Notes: generated from the sequence alone by a model not told the origin. A DNA stretch of 64,000 nucleotides from Calcarisporiella thermophila CBS 279.70 (GCF_041956535.1 NW_027192221.1:62001-126000), one strand, 5' to 3'. Numbered from the stretch's first letter, positions 38,920-52,222 are shown. A program made the numbers and translations.

Positions 38920-40141
38920 ATGAGCAAAGTGTTCCACATACTCTCTTTAATCTTGTGCTATCTTACACTTGCGCACGCGGTTGCGCGGCCCAGCCCAGCT
39001 CCTGGCGGAGTTGCCACCGCCACCAATTCCCCCTCCCCCACCAAAGATTATGCGCCGGCCGCTGCGGCTGCCGCCGCAAATCCCCCGGCTAGAACCCAAG
39101 ATATTACCGACTCTGGCCTCGCAGCCCTCCATGCGAACGCTTCACCTCCCCGGCTTGCCGCAGTCGCAGCCGTCACCAAAAACGCCCTCCCCATCTTAGC
39201 CACCAATTTGAATTTACTCTCTCCCTTGCCTTCGCTACACCCCACACCTACAGTTCCAAACAATACCCAGGCGAAGCCACCATCGAAGAAGAAGGAGAAG
39301 ATCAAGAAGACCAAGAGTGGGAAGGAGAAAGGAAAGAACGGAAGAGTCCCTGGGTTTAAGCCAGGGAGACTTTTACAGAAGAATGCCGTCTTGTAAGTAG
39401 ATGTGTTCTTAAGTGGGTGTATGGAGAATGGCCCTCTAAACCTCTAAAACCTTTTTCTTCTCTATTGCTCCTCCACTCCTCCTCCTTTTTTCCGCCTCTG
39501 TTCACTTCCCTAGTACATATTATTGGATGGTGCAGGATCAGAAATCGGGCTTTGGTAATCACGGCTCTCGCGGTGGAAAGTTGGTACAGCTCGCCAACTG
39601 TAGCGGGAAAACTATTGCCAGAGTCACCAAAGAGTTTGCCGACGCGCTCACAGTTGAGGGCAGTGGGATTCTAGAAAACGGGCTCCTTGTGAACTCGGCA
39701 GGATGCGAGTGTGGCCGTGACTTCAACTGTTTCAACCTACTGAACAACAGAAAATTCCCCTACGGTCAGTCCAGCATGGGGACTCCACTAAGGCCGTTCA
39801 CCAGTATTGCGGCGAATGACCTCAGGGCAGGAACCAAAATCTACGTGCCTCAAGTCAGGGGATGGAAACTTCCCGGCTCAGACAGGGTGCATAATGTAAG
39901 TTGAGACTATTATTACCGATTGGGCGACCTTGCCTTGACCCCCCTCCCTCCCTCCCTCCCTTTTCTGCAGGGGTGCCTGCTGGTGGATGACAGAAGTACA
40001 AGCTTCAAATCCCATCATATCGACTTCTTTTGCGTAACTGAGGAGAACTACAAACGCCTGGACGAAAAGTACCATGTCACTAAGGTGGACATTTACGAAG
40101 GAGGTAAACCCAGCCCTCATTATGGATTTGATCCGCCCTAA
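38920..40141 (+). CDS. Secreted protein with P/A/T-rich linker and C-terminal 3D (MltA-like double-psi barrel) domain
   Basis: Signal peptide. Introns 39393-39512 and ~39896-39970 give VFTYYW..LRPFTSIAANDLRAGTKIYVP..HNGCLLVDDRSTSFKSHHIDFF. Confidence 0.78.
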
Positions 40142-40755
40142 CGAAGCTGAAAACATAACTCTCCTCGTTTATTCTACCTAGGAAACTGCAAACTCCTCGA
40201 CTACACATAATTTCCTCACGGTTCCGCTCTCCTTCTCCATTTCTTCTCTCTATTTTTTTGGATTTTTTTGTTTTTAACCTGATCTTTCCACCATCTCCTT
40301 TCTCCATATCCTGCTGTATATTTTGACATATAAACTGATGCTATTTTTACTCCTCCCTCCCCCCCCCCCCCCTTCTTTCTTAAAACTTTTTATATAGGTT
40401 TCTAGGATAAAAGAGAAAATAAAATTCAAGCCATGTATGCTATATTGATTTTTACTTTTCTTTAACCACTTGTTTCTCCCATCTGTTTAAGGATCGATTA
40501 TTTGTATTTTTTTTTTCCTTGGTTTCCCAATAAATTTCTTCTCTGTACCCGATTACTCCCCTATTTATTCCATTGCCTATCTATGTACAGCCTGTTTGTA
40601 GTGTTGAAACAAACAAATAAGGAAAGAAGAACTAGCAAAAAAGGGAATAGGTGTATCGTTGGATCCGAAATAAACACAATGAAATAAGAAATGATCAATA
40701 TCAACAGTAAGAATATATAACAATGGATAAACAGAAGTTCCCTGTGGCCACCGCC

Positions 40756-41805
40756 CTAAGACTTTCCCGGCGCGATGTCTCGGGGACCGAATAGTCTAAA
40801 CATCCAATCCGGGTGCATCACTGCAATCACAACGGCGATGACAAGAGCCAACACCATCGAAACCATCGAGGCGACGCGGTTGCATTTTCGCCAACCCGGA
40901 TGCTGGGTTTTCCCCGTGTAGATGCTGCCAATCCACCAGAGAGGAGGGCACACGAATCCACCCACGAAGAGAGCACAGCCCCACGACTCGATCCGCGATT
41001 TGAGATACATCTTGAGGGCGATGGCGGGCCGAAAAGAGGACAGAAAGGGTAGTTGCCTAACTGAAGACTGGGACACGCTACGCGGGAGAAATGGAGAGGA
41101 GTACAAGGCCGTGGGAGTGCTGCTCTCTGACCGCAGCTGGTAGATAAGTTGATATGCATCTAAAAATGGGGAGGGCTCCGAAGTGAGTGGGGGTTGAGCT
41201 ATGCGCTGTGGGGGCTGAATCAAATGCTCGCGAATTGGAGCCAGATGGCCTAGTTTTGGAGGGAGAGGGGGTTTAGGGGGCAACTTCGGTACAGGTGAGG
41301 AAGGTAGCTCTAGGGAGAGATTCGCATTCGAAAAGGCGCATTTGCTATACCCATAAGGTCGCCCCTTATGGACCAATTCTCTCCGCTCCTCCCATGGGCG
41401 CTGTCTGAGTGGTGGCATTTGAGCTTGTGGTGGGAGAGACACGTAGTATGACCAAAAATCGCCCCAACCATCCCGACCGCGAATTGCTTTCTCCTCATCC
41501 TGAACCACGCCCTCGGGTACGGCAAACTCCCCGCTATACGAGGATGCTTCCGATTTGGAGGAGAGAGAAGGCGAAGAGGGAGCGTCGCGAAAGGGTTGGG
41601 TGAGTTGGGTATGGACCTGGGTGGACGACAGATGGTGTCCTGATTTGCGATATGGGGAACGTGGATATGGTAGACGTGGATATGGGTCGCCTTTGGGAGA
41701 TATCAACAATTGGGGACTCGACTGGATACAATTCACATTATAAAAGTCAAAGGATGGACTGGTGGCATCATTGAACATGGGTGGGACCAAGGCTGTCCCG
41801 TGCAT
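40756..41805 (-). CDS. Hypothetical Pro/Ser-rich protein with two C-terminal TM helices
   Basis: Intact 349-aa ORF. LFVGGFVCPPLWWIGS..WRKCNRVA followed by a hydrophobic helix. Confidence 0.72.
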   Translation of the reverse strand: MHGTALVPPMFNDATSPSFDFYNVNCIQSSPQLLISPKGDPYPRLPYPRSPYRKSGHHLSSTQVHTQLTQPFRDAPSSPSLSSKSEASSYSGEFAVPEGVVQDEEKAIRGRDGWGDFWSYYVSLPPQAQMPPLRQRPWEERRELVHKGRPYGYSKCAFSNANLSLELPSSPVPKLPPKPPLPPKLGHLAPIREHLIQPPQRIAQPPLTSEPSPFLDAYQLIYQLRSESSTPTALYSSPFLPRSVSQSSVRQLPFLSSFRPAIALKMYLKSRIESWGCALFVGGFVCPPLWWIGSIYTGKTQHPGWRKCNRVASMVSMVLALVIAVVIAVMHPDWMFRLFGPRDIAPGKS

Positions 41806-43526
41806 AATTGCTCACAGTTGCTCTTCTGGCTCAGCAATTCAAAAACATAGATCCCACTCTACAATATATTCTCATAAGCGCAGCTAATGACAAGAATTTT
41901 TTCGGGCGGTATAACGACTAAAAAAAAAACACGAAAGAGAGAGAGGAAGAAGAGTAGTGCAATTGGAGCGAATTTGAATGCGGGTGGATTCAATTGTCGC
42001 GAAACGTTATTAAATGATTACAAAGTTTTTTCCAAAAATATCAGATAATAACTTTATGTGAGAAAAAAAAATAGGAGAGTGGATATAATTGTAAAGTAAA
42101 ATAATGAAGGAGGCCTGCAAACAATTAGGACGGGAGAGCTGGAGCGTTCGAGTCAAACGGACCGAGCTTGCGAGAATTCACAACGGATCCATTTTAACGC
42201 GCAAACCAAGTTGCAACTTGCCCATAATTTACCGTATCAAAACGCCAGTGCGGACTGAAGTTTTTGTCACCTCCTTACGACCCACATTACTGTCCCAAAC
42301 CTAAACAGGAAAAGAAAGCGTAATAATATTGCAGATAAATTAGCAAACGATGATGACATAACTATTATTTTCAGGCGCACAAGCCTTGTGGCTATGGCTC
42401 CTCTTAATGTTCTTCAACCTTTCTCATACTCCATACGGGCCATATAGGAGAGAAGGGAAAAATTCATTTGGGCATTTCGGGGCAGGACGTGAGGATCGAA
42501 AATGTAAATTGAGAATACACGAATAAGGTGTCGCCGAGAGCTTGGCGGGGAAGCAATGGCCATATTTCTTGCCACCATCCAAACACTAGTCAACGGAACG
42601 CTATCTAGACCTGCGAACACTCTCAAAATTCAGTCCTTAATCCTCACCTTCATCGCACGATGATTGCCTCATATGCCTCTACGTCATAGCCGGAAAATGA
42701 AGGAATCAAGGCGGGATATCAGAGCACCTGCCAACAACGCCTCATTGTAGAGCTTAAGGCTTAGTGTAGGATGCTGCGTAATGGGCTACTTTTTGAATCA
42801 ATGATTTCGAGTAGACCTACTTCGCTACTCGTCAACGATCTACAATAGGAGGGGGGATAATGTGGTTGAAAGAATTCCTCCTGTGAATATCAAATGTCCA
42901 GCACGTGATTCAATATGCTTTTTTTTTCCCCGGCTATCTCGACGATTTCACGGCCTCCACTCGGTCTCCCGTAAGTATCTGTCCGTTGCATTGTAATGCA
43001 CTTGTTGCCTTAAAAACATTATAGAAACGGGAGCATGCGGAAATAGAGAGAAAAAAGAAGACTTAAGGAGAAAAAAAGACGAGGGAGGTTCGCGCCCCTC
43101 TCCCCTGTATGGGCAGAAAGATAGAAAACTTAATCTACCTTGACTTCCTACGCCCTCTGTCCCCCTTCTAACCCCCCACCCCCTCCCAACTCAGCCATTT
43201 AAATCTTAAAAAACCCAAATTGTTATACTCTCGGCACCACGGGGAATGGGGTTTAACCTTCCATTGAGGCCTATGGCATCAATTGACGAGAAGATACGAG
43301 AAACAAATACAAGACCCATTCCCCGGATGCGGCCATCCGTGCGTTAAGACACTAGAACGTGACAAAACTTAAACTTTTTTTCGTACTGGAAAAGTTGGAG
43401 ATATTCAGAGGAAGTTTATAAAGTGCTCGCTATCTCTCTTCTCCCAACAATAGCAATTTTCATTTCTTCTATTCTTCTTTAACCAAAAGAATATATTAAA
43501 TTCGAATTTCTCTCCAACCATCATTG

Positions 43527-45632
43527 ATGAAAGAGGTTATGGAGTCAGGCAACGTAGAAAAGGCAGAAGAGGAGGAAGGCGACCTAGTTTTATCTTGCTC
43601 ACAGTTTAACGGCAAGGCCGATTCCGACCATAACTTCTATGAAGAGAGCAGCATGGATCTAGTAAGCTATCCGGCAAAAGTCCTCCCACTCCGTTCGTCA
43701 AGTGCCACCTGTTACAACACACTCGCGAAAAGCGCCTATCTGCACCCCCCTAATCACTCTTGCCCTAGTCTGGTATCTTCGAGAGTCTCCTCAAGGTGTG
43801 GAACATCCGACGCTGAATCGGAGGATCACTTAGACGATCCTGAGGAGGAGGATGCGAAATCAAGTGAAATGCAAATGGGAGGCGACGCAGCCGTTTTGGG
43901 AGCACTGTGGACCAATGTCGATGAGAAAGAGAGAAAGTACGGAGATCCCAAGGCATGTCTGCATGTTGGAAAGTAAGTGATTACCTAATGGTCTCCGCCC
44001 GTGTTAAACTGATTTATCAATCTCACATCAATAGCCTTCCGATTAATATGAAGGAGGAAGAGCTCAGAGACCAACTGGGATATCTATTCGAAAAGTATGG
44101 GCCTCTCCTCCATGAGATCAAAATATCCTACGATATCAACAGGCTTCCCACTGCATTTGTACAATTTCAGGTATTTTGATTTAACCGCGTTGTAGATATC
44201 CTTGATAAATTGGCCTCACCCTATGTGCTGGTTGACAGCATTTCCGTGATGCACAGGCAGTCATTGAGGCAAGCAACCTGTCCATTGGCGGACGTCGGCC
44301 GCGCATTAGGGAAGCGCATTGTAACCGCTGCTGGATCATTGCGGGAGTTCCAAAGGAGTTCGACGAAGAGGTTAGTGGAAAAGCTTTAGTTAAGGGGTGA
44401 ACCGGTCAGAACGATCTCTTGCAAAATTAGGATTTCCGCGAAATGTTCACGTGCTACGACCACATCGAAGACATCCGAGTCTTATGCAACTCGCAGACGG
44501 GAGAGAGAAAGGGGGCGATAGCGGTCATCTTCGAGCACTATGAAGACGCAAATGCCCACTTGCCTGTAACCCCACTCCCGCTTTCTTTATCGTGCTCGCA
44601 AGATGAAGTTTAGTAATAGGAAATCCATATGTGATAGGGCCTACGCAGAGATTTCCCCAACTGGAGAATCAAGAAGGTTTCCCTCGAGGATGCGCTTGAG
44701 TTCGGGAAGCCCATATACAGAGATACAGGGGTGTTTGTACGATTCATCACAAATCCTACCGTGGGGATTGAAGAGGCTCTTCGGAAACAGTGTGAGCTGT
44801 TCGGAAATATTGTCAACATAGAAATAGTACGGGGAAGTGGATATGGTATGTTGAGATGTCTCTGCACTTGTTTGCCTTGGGCTGAATCTAAGTCGCGGAC
44901 ATGCATCATTAGACCGTGGTGCATATGCAATTGTGGTTTATGGAGAAGCAGAAGCAGCCAAAAATGCCCAAGTTATCATGGTAAATAGGCTCTGAATCCT
45001 GCCGAAACAATATCCTGTACCTGACCTGAGCTTCTTTCAAGGATAATACTACTCTGCTTGATACTCATATCCGAGTGGATCCTCTCGAAACCAATGAGTT
45101 CAGCTATCCTTTCAAGCATAAACGGCTTCCTGACCCTAATCCTCCGAGCACTTCAGATTTCCCACCTACAAGCACGCCGTCATCTCAGGAATCCAGTTGC
45201 CACCAGCGAGTCCAGCAAGGACTAGTGCTAACGGAACAATTCTCCAACCTTGTTATTCCCTTTTTTCATTTTCTACCGGCACAATTCTCCAATATGAACC
45301 TACAACAACATCCTCACTTGCATCTACAACCCCCATCCTACAATAGGTATGCCTTTCCCCGATCAGAATTCCAGCTCTCGAACACTGCTCCCTGGACATG
45401 GGAATCTTTCTCCTGGCTTGTGCCTCAACATCCTTCCAGCCACTTATCGGCTTACGATGCTGTCAGGATGAACCCAGCGTCTCTTGTTGGCCTCACCGAA
45501 CATCCATATCCACCAGCACAGCCTCCTATGATGATGCCGGCCTATTGTTCTGCTCTAAATTGGATCAAATCTCACAGAAGGAGATTCCATCGGCGCAAGA
45601 GCTATAGTAATAACATTCATCTACAGCCCTAG
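43527..45632 (+). CDS. Three-RRM RNA-binding protein, Rim4-like
   Basis: Seven exons splice in frame. PKACLHVGNL..EELRDQLGYLFEKYG..IKISYDINRLPTAFVQFQ..GGRRPRIREAHCNR parallels yeast Rim4 RRM1. Two further RRMs and a P/Q/S-rich tail follow. Confidence 0.72.
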
Positions 45633-46106
45633 TATCCATAGGGCCATGTGTTTATATCGATGTAGTCTTCTTAAAGCCATTTGTTTTTCTCTGGTCTATA
45701 ATTAGTATTTCACTTACTTCGCACTGGAAATAACATATAGCGGATGTCTCTGTGAAATGGACCCACTTAAGTCCGTACCCAATCCTAAATTTTTTGTCGA
45801 ACGTGTATATATGAACTCCCCTTTGCTGTTTGCATTTTTTGCGTTTCACTTTCTCCAAATTAGTATGCGATCATTCTCCTTGCCATTTTTAAATAAATAA
45901 ACAAATGTATATGTATATTGGTAAGTACGTAGGAGCCAAAGCAGATATCATGAGTTGAAGCAGAAGTGGCTGAAATCAAGGGCGTATACCCGGCTAGAAT
46001 GAGAAAATGAATAGCAGAATAAAAACTAGCGTTCTAGAATACAAACGGATAGGCTGAATATATCGACAATAAAAAAAAAGAAACCAAAGCGTTTTCAGGC
46101 GCCTCG

Positions 46107-46322
46107 CTAATCCATTAACCGCATAATATTGAATTTTCCTGCCGCAGTCTCGGCCGTCTCCTTCAAGTCGTCCTTCGCTGCGGGGGCCCGGACGTTCTCG
46201 AGAAGCACGACAGGAATAAAAGAGTTTAACGAGTCGGTGGAGGAGACGGAGGAGGCAGTCGGGGAGCTGGAAGTGTTGAAGAGAGGATCAGCGGTAATGG
46301 CGGGAATATTGATGGGCTTCAT
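46107..46322 (-). CDS. Small hypothetical protein (71 aa)
   Basis: GC-rich ORF in AT-rich flanks, AAAAATG start context, and upstream TATAAATA at ~46535-46542 on the minus strand. Confidence 0.5.
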   Translation of the reverse strand: MKPINIPAITADPLFNTSSSPTASSVSSTDSLNSFIPVVLLENVRAPAAKDDLKETAETAAGKFNIMRLMD

Positions 46323-48796
46323 TTTTCTGGTTCAAGTACTATGTGCTTGCTGTAATATGAGGTATTATTAAGGGAGACGACTTGGTGTGATGGAATATTA
46401 TCCGTAAGAGCGGGGAGTGGTTTGAGGCAAGGAAAACCAGTGCAAGAATATCAGATGTAAACTAAGAAAATCGACCACGCTTAACCAAACTTGAGGATAT
46501 GAATGTTGAGGCGAAGAGAGAGGGAAAGGATTTGCTATTTATAATAATTTTTTCCAATATTTTCAATCCCGAGATGGCGCAATAGAAAAATGGGAGCTTT
46601 CCATTCACGGAGTAGTATGCCCATACTTCCCCGCACTTTCAGAGTTTTCTTCTCGTATGTTTAATTTGAATTCACCCGCTTTGCTCCGGTTCCCACGATC
46701 TAAATCTGGCCCCATTGGCTGGGCTTTGACTGAGTGCGATGAAGTTGGTGTGCATTGTTTTGATCCACGGGCACAACGGAGCAGCTTGTTGAACACAATG
46801 TCAGTTGAAAATTGAAAAGCGAGGGGGAGCGGCCTGATGAAGTCATCATCATTTTGGATGATTGGCCAAACCGGCCTCTTATTTATAGACTGGGAAATAA
46901 GGGTATGACAGGAATTGGGAGGAAGCAAACGTGGCACAGCAGCCGTGCTTGCACGATCCAAGCAAATTGGTATCCAGTTATGGTCGAAGCTTCTCAACCT
47001 AGGTAGAGTGTTGCGGCAGCATTGTTTTGTTTGTGTCCCTGACTGTCAGCTTCGATTTTCAAAGAAATGCACCGAGTTCCATGGGGTATGCAAGCGTACA
47101 CTTATTTCAACAAGCAGGTGTTGCAAATTGATTTTCTCGCTGGAAATGGATGGGACCCACCCGCTTGGAGCTCCCGTCGGTTTCTCTTTAGAATCGAGAG
47201 AACTCAATATAGTTCGTTTCAGATGGTAGATAAGAGGTGGCCCGATAGCATAGAAGGATTCAGACTAGAAGTGATAAAGACGTAGTCCTCTTTAGATAAG
47301 CGCTATCGAAGTTAGCCATCGCAGAGATGGAACGAAATCCATCTGACTTTTTTTGGTCGGCCAGTTTCCCGAGTTTCACTTGACCTCACTAGATAGAACG
47401 CATAAGGACAGTCTGACCAAACAGAAGGGGGAGAGACGACAACGACGACAGTATTGACGATTTAATTTATTATTGACGCCCTGCCCTCTCCCCAATTGAG
47501 CCTCTTTTAGATACAAGGAAGTTTATTTGAATAGCATAGAGCAGAAAGAGACAGAATGTTTCGTCCTTTTCCCCTGGGCACTTAATCCCACCCTATGGAC
47601 GGGCTGCCCTTTGGCCCAGTTTAGGCCGCATCAGGACAGAGAGGGGGCCTTCGCTTTGTTGGGAGCAGAAAGGGGATTCAGCACGTTTCTCCTTCCCCAC
47701 GCAATCTTATCTCTTGATGGGCAATTTTGGCGACGCTTTTCTTGGAAGTGGCCGCGGAGAGAAACTTCTTCCACATTTCTCAAAGGGGAAATGGCTCGTT
47801 CTTCCACCGAGGAGGCCCGGTTGCCTTTTAGACATCTCTATATATACTTATTAAAGCAGGGGAATTGGGCCCATCATTGGCTTGTTTCGCACATAACCGG
47901 ACTGTGGTTGAGCGACCAGTCAAGCCCAAGAAATTGGGGGGGGGGCTGTTTCAAAGTACTATCGGCCCTTTGTCTCATCTGTTCTGAATTCTGTTTATAT
48001 GACTTTTCATAATATCCAAGTTTGGCTGTTATAGGATAAAATGGTGGCCATCTTTTAGGCGAAAATTAAAAGATGACGACGATTTTAGTAAGAAGAAAAC
48101 AAATGCAAACAAAAACAGCACGCGTTTCTAATAAGCGCCTAAATAGGGAAAGATGGCCAGGAACTCGTCTGCACCATTGCTTCAGCCTTTTACCATTTTC
48201 TCTGCCGCTTACATTATGGTTAAGCTTTTTATTAAAAGGGAACTCTATCCAGGATTTTGTTCCAGCTCAGACTTTTTTTTTCACCCACTTTTCCTCCCGC
48301 TAACCTTCTCTCTCATCTCCATTCTCCTCTTCTTTAAACTACTCTTTGCCCCAGGCAGCTCTTTAGTCTTTTGCCTTTCCTCTCTTCTCCCTTGTGCCCC
48401 TCCGTCTCCGGAAGTTTTGTTGACGCTGGTCGTCCTCTGGGTCTTTCGCTCTCTACCACGGTCCGAAATTCAGTTCCTCATTTTTCTTCTTCATTCATTT
48501 CACAAGCTGTTCTTCTTCGGCTGGCCCGAGTTGTTGGAATAGAGCAATACGGTTTAAAACAAATAAAATACACCACAGGGATTCTCCGGGTGGCAAACTG
48601 TCGTTTTTAACTTAACAATACACCCTTAATATAATCAATTCCGCTGGCCTCGGTGCGCATTTCCATCCTTCGCCCTCATCCCATCCGCAGCACTTTGTTC
48701 TCTTCACTCAAGTGGATTGCTGGTCATCCTCTCGCATCACCTATTTCAACATCACTCCTATTTCAGTAGCAGCACGCGCTAGCACTATCTAACACC

Positions 48797-50642
48797 ATGG
48801 TATCTATACTTCATACCCCCTTTACAACCCCCTCCGACGACCTATCCGCCGCTCCAACCTGCCCGTCCACGGTGACGTTCCTCGCAACTACCCCTCTCCA
48901 CGCGCTCCACCAGGCTCCAAATAATCCTGAGTGGCTGCCGCCTGCCGCGCTAACTCCCTGCTACGCAACCCTTGCTCCCGAATCTATCCGGTTGCAACAG
49001 ATCGAGGCGCTCCGCTACTTCCTCACCACGGCTCCCACCACCATGTCGCCTAACGAGTCCATCCAGCGGCACGCGCTCCCGAACGACGAGCAGATTGCGT
49101 GTGTCCTCTGGCAGAACCTGTTCCACATCACGGGGACCGACATCCTGCGCTCCCTCATCTTCCGCTTTGAGGCATTCGGGCGGCCCGTGGCAAACCTGAA
49201 GAAGTTCGAGGAGGGAGTGTTCAGTGATCTGCGCAATTTGAAAACGGGCACGGACGCGACTCTGGAGGGGCCCAAGTCTGACTTCTTGGACCTGCTGTAC
49301 AAAAACAATTGCATTCGGACCCAAAAGAAGCAAAAGGTGTACTATTGGTTCTCGGTGCCCCACGACAAGCTCTTCGTCGATGCCCTCGAGCGGGATCTAA
49401 GACGGGAGCGGAGGGGGATTGCGCCCACCACCATAGCGCTCGCCGAGCCTGCCCTTTCGATCAGCGGCGACCTCAGCGACAGGAGCTTCTTGGAATTCAA
49501 AAAGGCCATGCTGGGCGAAGAGGGCATACTTGGGCGCGTCCCAAAGGTGAGGCTAGATGCATGCTGCGAGGAGACTGAGGATGCCGAGGGCAGGGCCTAC
49601 GAGGATGAAGTGGCCGGCCGGCTCTCCAGCGTTGGGTCGGACGAGTGCATTCTCGGTCTGGACGGCTCGCCCGCGCCTGGCTCCACCCCGACTCTCTCGG
49701 CCTCTAGCTCCTCGCCTTCTCCCGCGATCTACTCTTCCTCCTCCTCTCGGATTTGGGATGAATTCACCACCGCTTCCGCTCCCCGCGACGCCCACTCGCC
49801 TGCGCCTTCATCCCTCTACTCGCTCATCCCTCCTCTCGCGGATGCTCAGCGCCCAAAACGTCGCCGCATGACTATCTCCGACCCAACCCGCTATGATGGC
49901 GACGGACCGTGTCCTAATTTTGCGGAGCCTAGACCTTTTGTCTGCCCATTCGAGGGGTGCCGGCGCCCCTTTAAGGTACACATCCCTTGCCTCTTCTGCT
50001 CCATGCAATACGTTCATCCTGGAATGCTCACTCTTGTATGTCTTTACCTATTCAAACATTCTATAGCGGCTGCAGCATTGGAAACGTCACATCCGTAGCT
50101 CACACTCGGATGTAAGGCCGTACGAGTGCCCATACTGTCAGAAGGCTTTTACGCGCTCGGACAGTCTCACTGTTCACAAGAAGACCCATTTTCGTAATCC
50201 CTCCGATCGCGCTATGGACAAGCAGCAGCGCCGACGTGGGTTGAGTCTTGGCTCGGTTGTTCCACAGCCTTCTCTCGATGCTTCAACTCCGGACGCTGAT
50301 ATTCCCGCGCTCAACCACCAACACCAACTACCATCGCCACCGCAACAACAGCAGCAGCAACAGCCACTTCAACAGCACTCATCTCCAACACGACAGCATG
50401 ACACGCCCATGTCACAAATGATCATCCCCCCCACACACGGTGGGGACGAATTTGCGAGTATGCTCCACCCGGCTGAGGAGACCATGCTCCTCTTCTGCGG
50501 AGGTTCGAATGCGTCCGAGAAACTCTCCTTTCAGCATCATCTTCACCACGGGCACACATTCTCCGAGCCGCCCATGACCGAAGAGGAACTGAAAGTCAAA
50601 AACAGGCTCGCCATGAAGGCGGAATCGGTGGAGATCTATTAA
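48797..50642 (+). CDS. STE12: STE12-like transcription factor (STE domain + two C2H2 zinc fingers)
   Basis: CVLWQNLFHITGTDI, KKFEEGVFSDLRNLK and CIRTQKKQKVYYWFSVPHDKLF. After intron ~49976-50066: CPFEGCRRPFK|RLQHWKRHIRSSH and CPYCQKAFTRSDSLTVHKKTH. Confidence 0.93.
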
Positions 50643-52222
50643 TTTTATTTCTTCATACATAATTTCTCCCCCTCCCACAGTAAATTACTTTCATTTATTT
50701 TATTTGTCAAGTTTTTTTATTTTACGGTATATATTTTCTATGTAAGTTTTTTGTTTTACTCGGTTTTTGGTTTTCCTCTTCCCCCTTCCCCCTCCCCCAA
50801 TTTTTCGTTTTATTTCTTTTTATATCTGTATATGCATATATATAATTACTTGTTATATTTTTGTTATTTTTATGTTTGTTTCTGAGAATATATGGTCAAT
50901 TGAAAACAAAAAAAAACTCCTTCCCCCCCTTTTTATTTTCAATAAGTTTCAATAGAAGTTTTCATGTATGGACAAAATGCTCATGATATTTGAAACAAGC
51001 AAGTGATAAATAGAGCGGATGCATGAGAGAGTATCGAAGGCCAGAGTATACTATCAATCTGTAGACTTGTTAATGAGTAAGTGAGCACTACATGGAGGGA
51101 CATGCCAAGTGAAGGAGAAGAGCAGAGTTTGGCATGATCTGGTGGAGCGTTTAACCATGCTGGGATACCTTTGGGGGGGGGGGGGATACCAAGTCAACGC
51201 CGAGAAAGAGCCACTTAGATTCGGCAATAAAAGGCACAATTAAAAATGCCTTGTGGATCTCTTGAAAGCCAAAGAATCGTCTGCGTGGCGTGAGAGTTCT
51301 GTCGAATGCGTGGCATCCTTGAATATGGTGGGACTTGCGATTTCTCCGGAAATATCTCCATAGAGGGAGAGTGAATACTGCCTGAAGCGGCGGAGAAGTA
51401 CCGGGGGAATTTAGGGCGATCCTAGAGTGGGCGATTTGCGTATTATGATGGGGCAAGGGGAACCGGATGACCGTGCTTTGAAGTTCTGCGCACGACATAT
51501 CTGGGGAATTTGGCGTCGATATGGTGACTGTATCATCTTTATACTTGTGAACATTGTAAAGGCGCCGACAAGAATGCTGAGAAAGAATTGAAACCATATG
51601 GGAATAGGGAAATTGGGAAGGGTGCAGATCGCAACCTGCTGTCCAAAAGAGTGTGAGAGGATAGCAGACTCCGGATGTCAACTTATATCTGGGACAATGA
51701 GCGGCTGAGTGTGAGTGAATGGAAAAAAAATGTAGAACGTCTCCAATGCACACAGGACCTCAGTTTGGGTTGAATTGAATGCCAAGTGAAAACCGGGATC
51801 CTCTCTTACCATGCCCCTTGGGTAAGCGAATACGCTAAACTTCCTATTGGCATGATATCTCTAAACGAGTGGTGTTTTTTACGGTATCTTTGATTATTTT
51901 GCAACTGACCATTTCCATCACGTATTATAGCCAGAGATAAACGGCTTCTGTATATTGCTGTGCTGTATTAAAGTACATAAGAAAAAAGAAAAAGAGACCC
52001 GTAGGTAGGATAAGAGTTAAATACAAAATATGTCGTATAAAGTGTTGAATAGGTTGAGTCCAAGGGGGGGAAAGGAAAAACCGCAATGTGTGCAGCATTA
52101 AATTCGGCAAGAAAGGATAGCATCAGAGTTTGATGCTTAATATACATTGGCATAGAGCGTATCAGCAGCGAGGGTTAACGGCGATACAATAAAAAAAAAT
52201 ACAGTGAAGGGGCGGACGGCGC

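Noticed and set aside
47947-47953. Pheromone response element TGAAACA upstream of STE12
   Set aside because: A single 7-mer in ~2.4 kb is compatible with chance.
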